DNA from: Octopus vulgaris
Taxonomy: Eukaryota
DNA length: 64,000 nucleotides
Direction: 5' to 3'
Assembly: GCA_951406725.2 (NCBI GenBank)
Contig: OX597836.1
Span: forward strand, 930,001 to 994,000
The position numbers and the translations under genes were made by a program. Of this stretch, positions 54,848-64,000 are shown in pieces (the stretch's first letter is position 1; every line of letters begins with the position of its first letter). Under the pieces are notes generated by a model. The model was given only the letters and a program-made list of their open reading frames with translations, ran no database searches and was not told the origin of the DNA.

Positions 54848-55035
54848 AGCAGAATCGGTGCGTTTAACAAAGTGCTATGTTATGTTCATTAACGTTGTTT
54901 TGCACTTCGAGTTCAAATCCTACCCGGGTCTACTTCATTTTAGCCATTCTCTATCGATAAAACGAAAACTCAAGTACAGGAAAAGCTGCGGCCATAACTG
55001 ACTGTACTTTTCGTGGCTTCATTTCTCAGCCAGAA
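54848..55035 (+). mobile_element. SINE family B, decayed
   Basis: GCAGAATCG...CGAGTTCAAATCCTACCCGGGTCTACTT...TCGATAAAA. Confidence 0.55.
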
Positions 55036-55583
55036 ACCAAATAAAGCAATGATTCTGCTTTTAACAATGAAATGTATCTACTTTGTAGCAGCTTTTGGCA
55101 GCCAGATGGACTGAGCTCAGGACAGTTTCAGTCACACAATCTGTTGACAGTGAACCTCATAACTGGCATTTGTTTTGTTGGAAGAGCAATGAGGTTATCT
55201 CACAAGTGTTTGTTTGCATACAATAAAATCCAGATATATTTCTCCAATCATTTTCGTTTCGCAGAATAGGTAAAGATTTATTTCACTGAGGTGGTGCAAC
55301 ACTACTGAATCACAGCCAGGGTTGTCACCTTACTGCTAAGAACCAGTACACCAAGAACAAGTTTTCAATTAAGTGGAATTTCGGATTTGTTTTCCCTGCT
55401 TTCTCTTTTTTTTTTAACCAGAAGCTAATGATTTTTTCTTCTCTTCATTACATGTGTAATTTAATTACTTAAAATTTTGTTTTACTTCACCGAATCAAAT
55501 GCATCAGGCCCTCGCTCCATTTAGAAATGAATTCGCTTGGTGGAGAGGGAGAGAGGAGAGAGAGAGAGAGAGAGAGAGACAAA

Positions 55584-55638
<55 letters not shown>

Positions 55639-55809
55639 TGTGTTTGTTTTTTTTTTCGTAAATGCAAAAGGTTACACTTCTCTGTTGCTACCCATGTTTT
55701 TTTTTTAATCCAGAGATTAAAGAGGATTTCATTTTGATACACGTTTTTCCTTCGCCAGGAAAAAGCGCACCAGAATACAGCCACAACTTCTCTGAGGACA
55801 ATGAAAACG

Positions 55810-56105
55810 TTAGCAACATTTGAAATCCCACCTTACCGTATAAAAAAAGGGGTGGGTAGAACACAAAAGATAATGGAATCCTATTTGAAAAAGTGAGATG
55901 GTCACAGATGGAACGTCTTGTGATACTTGATTGTAGACATAGTGATGGTGTTTTGAAGGCTTTCGTTGTGATGCGGTATTTTTGTTGTCATTAATCAGCC
56001 CCAGGTCTGCCCCAATCGAGCTGGCTGGGAGTAGTTTGAAAGTGACTTGGCTATTATTTCTAGCAGGTCGAGTAATCAAGTAGAGGCTAGTGTCGTTGGT
56101 TCGGA
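55810..56105. mobile_element. Inverted pair of family D copies
   Basis: GATGGTCACAGATGGAA on the left; CCCCAGGTCTGCCCCAATC...TTGGCTATTATTTCTAGCAGGTCGAG on the right. Confidence 0.6.
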
Positions 56106-56345
56106 TAGATAGCATCGTATAAGTGGTTTGTTGGCAATGACGTTGCGTCGCGCAGCTAATAATCACTAACGAGACATAATCTATATTTATAATCACAACA
56201 TTTTGTAAATGTTCTTAGGGCATGTGGATATCGCATCTTATTTCATTTGCTCGGGAGATATCTAAGAAATATCTTCCGCTTTTTGATACAACGATATATC
56301 ACACGTGTGTGTGAGTGCGCTTTGTGTAAACATAACCGCACACAC

Positions 56346-56392
<47 letters not shown>

Positions 56393-56458
56393 TATTTATT
56401 ATTATACGCATACACACACTTCTGCTCATATCTGTTTTGTGCATCTAAACACATAAAG

Positions 56459-56494
<36 letters not shown>

Positions 56495-57384
56495 TTTACT
56501 GCTGAATAATTTTACAGACTTCAGACGTTGAAAATTATCTTCATTTTCGCGAGGCAACGAAGCAACTGTCGAAAAAGGTCGTTCACAGATAAATTGCTTT
56601 GGTTGTTGCCGGCTGCCTTCTTCAGGCAGGGATTTGTCCCCCAGAGACATGGTCTCCACACATGATCTTCTCTCAAGAAATTCTTCTAGACTAGGACGTC
56701 CACTCGACTTGTTTTACGAGCAAAGCTGTCTTCGGCATTGTTCTTCATGTTTCGCTCTGTCACCTCACTCTCGAGTTTGTGCTAATGACTTTGTTGACAA
56801 GATAAACGTTGCCATAACTAAAACTAATGCCATTCCCACTACAATTGTCCAGAATAGTTGGGGGTTTTTTGCTGCAATTTGCGGGTCTTTGTGAATACGG
56901 TTTTTATGATTTTTGTTGAATGTTTTTTGTGTCAAAAACCTCGGTTATGCATTTTGCTTTCGAGGGCTGTGGGGCAGATATTTTTTTAATGATTGTTTTT
57001 TATGTAGACAACATGCAGAAGAAAAAGAAAAAAAATCTTAAAATTAAAGAAACAAACCTTATTTTTCTTAATCAAAATTCTTGTATGGGCAGACTCCAAA
57101 TTTCCGACGCTCTGTGGATGGGAATCTGTTCACTGGAAAACTGTTCCATGAAGCAAGAATTCTTTTCCCTGAAAAACGAGGAAGGGGAGGCAAATATGTC
57201 CGATTAGATCTGCTGCTACTACTACTACAATAATATCTACAACAACTTTTAAAATAAATAATGATTTCTTAATTCTTTCATTCATTCGCCGAAAGAGAGC
57301 AATTACATTCACTTTCGATTCTACCCAGAATTACTCGACACATTTAAACAGAAGGCGTGGATCAAAAATTGCCAACTTATATAT

Positions 57385-57580
57385 ATATATTTCTTTATTG
57401 CCCACAAGGGGTTAAACAAAGAGGGGACAAACAAGGACAGACAAAGCGATTAAGTCGATTACATCGACCCCAGTGCGAAACTGGTACTTCATTTATCGAC
57501 CCCGAAAGGCTGAAAGGCAAAGTCGACCTCGGCGGAATTTGAACTCAGAACGTAGCGCAGACGAAATACCGCTAAGCGTA
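57385..57580 (-). mobile_element. SINE family B, young copy
   Basis: Reverse complement: B-box GAGTTCAAATTCC, GCCGAGGTCGACTTTGCCTTTCAGCCTTTCGGGGTCGATAAATGAAGTACCAG, tail TGTGGGCAATAAAGAAATA. Confidence 0.92.
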
Positions 57581-57779
57581 TATCTTACCCCGGCGTCACT
57601 TTGGTGGCATGTACTGCTCCCTCACTCAATAACAATAATAATAATCATAAGATAACGTGGAAGATGGTAAAAGATGATGCTGAAGGAAAAAGATGGCGAA
57701 AAATCGATAGAAACTTCTAGAATTGAGTGGAGAGATTAGAGAAAATGTTTAGTGAATCTCAATGTCAGCCTTTCAGTGG

Positions 57780-58305
57780 TGGTGGTGTTGGTGGTCTGGA
57801 TGTGTTGTAAAATGTGTGGTTTTACGTGTTGTGCAGTATGTATTTTGTTGTGGTATTGTGTTGTATGGTGTTGTGTTTTATGCATTTTTGTGCTTTTCTG
57901 TTGTTGCGTTGTGTCTTCATGTTGCGTTTGCTGAAAGGATTGAGATGAACAAAAATGAATTGGTGTTTGAAATGTTGTGTTATGTGAAATAGTGTTGTGA
58001 GATGTGTGGTGTTGTGCGATGAGCTGCGAGGTGTTGTGTTGTTTGATTTTACGTCTTGTGATGAGTGGTATTACATGGTGTTGAGTTGTGTTGTGTTGTG
58101 AAGTATGATGTCGGACTGCGCGCTGTTGTGTGGTGTTCTCTTATGCTTTGGTGTTGTGTGTTATTGTTGTGCTTAGAGTGGTGTTGTGGGCTGTTGTGTC
58201 GTGTGGTGTTGTGCTGTGTGGTGTTGTTTGGTTTAGCTTGGTGTAATGTGGGTGTTGTGATGTGTTATGTGCTCTGGTGTTGTGAGTATGAAGCTGTGTT
58301 GTGTC
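57780..58305. repeat. Degenerate (GTGTT)n pentanucleotide array
   Basis: Recurrent TGTGT/GTTGT units; these give the Cys/Val-rich pseudo-ORFs. Confidence 0.8.
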
Positions 58306-58349
58306 ACATGGCCAATAAACCTTTCACTTGTCTTCACATACAAATATTA

Positions 58350-59890
58350 TTTTTAAGATTGCATTATTCAACGTGTCCTTCCTTTCAAAAATTACTAATA
58401 TGTTAACTGGTGAAGATTTAGCTGTTATTTCTAGCTGCTTAAGATGGCATATAAAACTTTCTCAATGGTTTCTTGTGTTGTTTGTACTGTGACAGGACAG
58501 CAGAGTAACCTGCAATGAAATCGATGCGATTGTTGTTGTGAGATTTGTTCATTTCTAGGGTGTTGTGTTCATGGCTGTCGTAAAACGGAACAAGTCGTTA
58601 GACAGTTGACTAGAACGACATTCAGTAATTGTTTCGGTTTTCTGCGCTATGATTTCAAATCACACTATGGCAAACCGAAATAAAAGGATTTGGTGTAGTG
58701 GTTAATTCAGGGCCTAGTGTGGCGGACACAATATGGATATTGATATGAGGAGAGAGGAATGAGTCAAGATTTACTGAGTAGAAGTGGCACTTAACCAGCC
58801 AGCCAGCCAGCCATCCGCGTGAAGTAGAGACTAGAGCACTGAGAGCGGAGAACGACATGTCTGTTGATTAGAGTTTGGAGTGAGTTGGGGAAGGACTTTA
58901 TGCTTTTCATTCATTTAAGATCTGAAAAGCACAACCATTTTTGCCCCATCACGTCAACTTATTTGCTTTTGACTTGGGCATTTTTAGCCATTCTTGTAAA
59001 AGATCGGATAGTTTTTACTATTTTATAACAATTGTTTGGATAATGTTGATATTGCAGATAAATGCAAAGTGTATTTCAAATAGTCTCCAACATTATTTAA
59101 GGTCGTTAGATAGATAGATAGATGGAAAGATACGTGAAGGATTCAGGATCTAACCCAGGTCAGAGAACCCTCATCATCGGGTAATACGGACCGGGGTAGG
59201 TCTACCCTTGCAATTTCCCAACAGATCAATGTCTAGGACATGTTTAATGTTCATGTAAAAACACAAATAGAAGTCATTATTTAAGAAAAAAAAAATTAGA
59301 AAACACAATATAAGAAAATCACATTTGTCAGAAAATACCGTTTTAGTAAAAAAACGGAACTTGACAGCTATGGAATAAGTTTCCGTTTTCAGGATTGGTG
59401 TGAATGATCGGTCCATGGGCTGTCCATTTTAATGCGCCAACAATAGTCCGCCATCATTCTAATATCCCAAAGTTCTTGATAACTTTCTTCCATCACGTGG
59501 TATGTTCTGACGAAACAAAGCTGTGCTCAAAGCGTTCCAACTTAGTTCCTGACAATGTATACACAAGACTATGTCATTGCGTCATCCCTATTTTAAGACG
59601 ATAAAGTGCGGCAAGATAAGAATTTGGTTGCTAATTAAATCAGTCTGAGACCACGTGGTCACAATTTGATTCGCTGGTTTTGGCTTGCCTTATATGGTGT
59701 TGTTGCTTAGCCTTGATTCGACAGTTGGAGGATTAAAGACATTCTACACTAAATCATTGAACCTTTTTAAAATTTTCTTTAAAAATATGTATAATGTGCA
59801 ACAAGTACATAAGAGAATTTGTCCTTCCACTCTTTAGCACGTTAGGAAAATTTGGCTGCTATTTCGAATCAGTGACTTTTGTATTCTCCT
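58350..59890 (-). mobile_element. Three further family D copies (~58350-58480, ~59500-59680, ~59695-59890)
   Basis: GATTTAGCTGTTATTTCTAGC; TTTTAAGACG...AATTTGGTTGCTA; AATTTGGCTGCTATTTC. Confidence 0.6.
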
Positions 59891-60903
59891 ATTAAACTTA
59901 CACGACAAACACGCATCGCTTGTCAAAGAATTCTTCAGAGTCTTTAGTTGAGTTACTGGCGAAGAACGAAAGAAATATAGAAATCGCTTGGTACTCAACA
60001 TGATTTTGCACATGGGCCCGTTCGGAACCTAAATTCATCTTCGAGTTCAGTGTATTACTTGAAATATTTGCTTATTGGCTTTATATGTCATCATGTTAAG
60101 AAATGAGTGTTTGTAGCAACTGTGGAAAACGACCATTTTTATGCAGATAAAATGATGCAACAGCAACCGAAATTCTATGAAGGCGTAAAAAGTCTTGACG
60201 AATGTGTAATAGCGTTACAGATTTTGTGCTGTTCTTACAAATGTGTAATATCAGTATTAGAAATGACAAACAACTTGAACAACGTGTATTTTTATTTAGG
60301 AAAACAACATTCTTAGAAACATAGGATATATCGAGAGAAACAAATTATAAAAAATGATATTTCTATTCATGTATTCAGTGAAAAGCTGGTTGCTGATGTA
60401 AACAGACAAATATTTCAAATATTACAACGTTGTTTGTGATAAACGAAGATCACATCTCCTTACAATATCAAAGCAGTTGCGCGCTTTTGATAGCAAGGTC
60501 AGTCTTCTGACTAAAACCAGATTTAACAAGATAAGAAACAGATCAAGCACTAACGTGCAATTATACTTTCGTCTCAAAACAATGGAAACTTCAAGAAATT
60601 TAACCACTTTTCTATAAATTATCACGAAATCTAGCTTCAACTGTTTGATCAATCTGTAACACAATGAGTCTTTCCTGCAACGTCAACATCAACTGTTTTT
60701 AGCCCAAACAGGTCTCACCGCTCCACGTGGAATGCCTCTCTCTCTCTAAAAGATCGTTAAACCGGACTTTTCTTACGACAGAACAACATCTTCAACAGAC
60801 GAAAGAATATCTCCTTCCAGTTCTGAATCAAGGGAAACAGACAACTTTTCAGTTTTAATAACATTACTGTTGCCATCTTTCAATTTGATGAAGAGAGAGA
60901 GAG

Positions 60904-61075
60904 TAAGGCAGCGAGCTAGCCGAATCGTTAGCAGCATTTCACCCGTCTTTACGTCTCGAGTTCAAATTCCACCGAGGTCGACTATGCTTTTCAATCCTTT
61001 CGGGGTCAATAAATTAATCGATTTACATCCACCCCTTAAATTACTGACCTTCTGCCTAATTTTGAAACTAATTTC
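60904..61075 (+). mobile_element. SINE family B with head
   Basis: AAGGCAGCGAGCTAGCCGAATCGTTAGCA...GAGTTCAAATTCCACCGAGGTCGACT...TCCTTTCGGGGTC. Confidence 0.88.
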
Positions 61076-61692
61076 GCATGAATGATGTTTGGTTACGGTT
61101 GGTTACATTATCATTGAGACTCACCACTGGGCAAATTTTATCTTCAATTCACAATAAAGCGTCCCACGAAATGACAAACGGAATGATTTTGATTTAATAG
61201 CTTTGCTCTCTTTAACGGCCCAACTCTATATGGAACTTCAATGCCTCAATTTTATTTTATTAAATCGCGAAATGCGAGTAAAATACATTAAAAAAAATCC
61301 CTACTTTAACTCTGAAGAACATAGAAACCAAATGTCCCGAATGGAGGTTTGCTATTCGAAGTTTAGGGAGTATTTTCATAGAAATTAGCAAAAGTCATTC
61401 TTTGATTGTCTTATATCTACAGATTCAGTAACCAAATATTTGTTCAATGTAATAATCTATTATAAATATTTGTGGTGTTGCGATTAGTACAAAGAAAGAG
61501 ATAGGAATTTGATGACAAGATGTTCGTGCGTCTGACAGCTAAGTTCTGGAAATGAGACATTCAAGGCATTCTTATGAAGAGAATGGTTTTTATTAAAATT
61601 GTGAAGTCAACAAAATACGTTTTGTCTCTTTCAAAGAAGACGCCAGGGACTTTGTTACTCGAAACCAAAGACGTTTTGTAGGACTCAGAGGT

Positions 61693-61735
<43 letters not shown>

Positions 61736-61983
61736 TAATAATAATAATAATGATAATAATAATAATATTAATAATGCGTCGGAAGAAATGTATTGACGGC
61801 ATTGAGTGACAACGGAATGGTTGAAACTCGGAATACAACGAATGTCGAAGAATTCTTACAGTTCTGTCGTTGAGACTCAGATCCTTCGTGGAAAGATACG
61901 CACATATGTGCGAGCGCGTACACACACACACACACACTGCCCCCCTTCTGTTGCCTTCCAACCCTCTCTTGTTCGCGTACGAA

Positions 61984-62016
<33 letters not shown>

Positions 62017-62481
62017 GGATTCTCTCCGTGCAACACACACTTTCCCAATTTCTCTCTCCCTCTTTCTTTCTCTCTCTCTCTCTCCATCTTCATCTTTCGA
62101 ATATATTCATTTCCCGCCTCTTTCTCATCTCCTCCTCCTCCTCCCCTCATCAAACAGTCTCTCACTTCCGCCCTCGCCCGTCCACAGCTCTACTCTGCCT
62201 TCTCCTCACATTATGTCACACTTAATCCCCTCCTAATGCTAATCTCTTTTCACTTTACTGTCGCCATCTTCTTTTCAACCAACCATTTTATCATCAGCCA
62301 CACACACACGCACACACACATACACACATGGATATAAACATATGAGAACCCATGCACTCTCGCAAACACATACACACTGAGAGACATAAACACAAAAGTA
62401 CCACTATTTACACAGACACACATACACACACACATACATTCGTCGTATACCGTTATTTTAGCCGTCACAGCCACCGCCCTG

Positions 62482-62515
<34 letters not shown>

Positions 62516-63100
62516 GTATGCGTGTATGTCTGTGTGCGAGTGTGCGTAGATATACATACGTGTTCGTACTTACAAATATATATATGCATGTATACACGCG
62601 TATAAACTTAACATACTTAGTTAAACCGGCGCGCAGAAACGGAGGCATAGACATGTATATAGCAGAATGTACACACACCTAATACATGCACACACATATG
62701 TACATATACACTCACCCGAGCGAACGCGTACATAGCACACACGCACGCGCACATATACATATACATACGCATACATATATATGTTTAAACATCCTTTGGC
62801 GCATGTATGTATATACATATACCAACGTACAATCATTCCCCTCCTATACATACATAAATAGTTATACACATCCATACACTCACACACCGCTGCATACACA
62901 CATACATACGCGCACAACATCGTTCATTCCGACACAAACGTACAGAAAGGTAGTGACACACACACACACACACACAGACCTATTTACACACATACATAAC
63001 TTTACACACCATCCAAACACTTTGTATATAGGCGTACTTCTGCGCAAACACAAGTGTCCGCGTGTGTGCATGGGATTATATATATATATATATGCATAGA

Positions 63101-63149
<49 letters not shown>

Positions 63150-63510
63150 GCACACACTTACATATGTTATGTGTGTGCGCAGCCGTATGCGTTTATGAGA
63201 AGAAAAAGATGAAAAGCGAATTAAATTGGTTTGGCGCGAAGAAGTGGAAATATCCAGAGATTCCGGTTTTCTAAGGCCTTTGATCATTTAAACCGGACAT
63301 TTTCAAACCACAGTGTCACGTCTGGGCCGCAGGTGTGCCGCCAATTTCCGAGGTGTGTCTACAAATACCAAGATACAGAGAGAACTCCACTGTTTTAATG
63401 TTTCACACCTGTGCATAGCTTTTACTTTTCTGTAAACGACAACGCATGCGCTAACCTCTCGTTCAAAACAGATTCAATACATTCGTGTGTTTGCGCGCGC
63501 GCGCATATAT

Positions 63511-63547
<37 letters not shown>

Positions 63548-63815
63548 CGCAGAGTAGATGAAGCAAAGGCGACTGAAGAAGGGGAATTTTCCTTGTGTTA
63601 TTTGTCCTGTACTCTATTTTTTCGTTGTTTAAAAGAAATGTCCATTTCCTTGGTTTTGTGTTTATGTTTTCGTTTCTCATTGTGTTCGACGTTTTTTTTT
63701 TGTGTCCTGTACCCATATATGCATGTATATATACATGTAGAGGTAGGTACGTACATATATGTATATATATATATATGCATGACGGAACGCACGCATCCAT
63801 TTCTAAGTAAGTTTG

Positions 63816-63857
<42 letters not shown>

Positions 63858-63863
63858 ATACAC

Positions 63864-64000
63864 ACCGGAATAAGCACATAAATGTGAAACAAGGTGGAAA
63901 AAATAGTACTCAAATACCAGAGGTAGAGTAATATGCTTTATTTAAAAGCTGCAGAAATATAACAGAAATAACAATATATTGTTATTGTGAAACTCTGAGT
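63864..64000. repeat. (TA)n-adjacent cassette homologous to 31921-32015, running off the window end
   Basis: Direct sequence similarity with the 31921 copy. Confidence 0.7.

Noticed and set aside
57752-58406. Cys/Val-rich ORFs resembling metallothionein or keratin-associated proteins
   Set aside because: They are products of a degenerate (GTGTT)n array.
59404-59604. VVCSDETKL resembling the Tc1/mariner WSDETK motif
   Set aside because: The DNA aligns with the family D repeat, and no other transposase motifs or terminal inverted repeats are present.

Overview
This is eukaryotic, AT-rich, almost entirely non-coding DNA. It is saturated with (TA)n, (CA)n, (GA)n and tri-/tetranucleotide microsatellites and with tRNA-derived SINEs whose sequences resemble those I recall from octopus (coleoid cephalopod) genomes; the species cannot be fixed from the sequence alone. 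Nearly all ORFs in the supplied track are translations of microsatellites. One convincing host-gene exon is visible on the minus strand: 41359-41252, MRSNEMTAHTSPSLNTETSISLSQSMDSVNTTPEEE, followed by a GAG|GTAAGT donor. It is probably a first coding exon whose intron covers the left ~41 kb, and I cannot name the gene. The rest is three SINE families (A, B, C), about 20 decayed copies of an unclassified (CAA)n-tailed repeat (family D), decayed RTE and CR1-group LINE fragments, and short cassettes embedded in (TA)n tracts. Several of those cassettes carry minimal hammerhead-ribozyme-like architecture, as expected of Penelope-like pseudo-LTRs or retrozymes; this is the best candidate for something under-described. 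I found no prokaryotic system, CRISPR array, rRNA or intact tRNA. Repeat boundaries were read by eye and are approximate.
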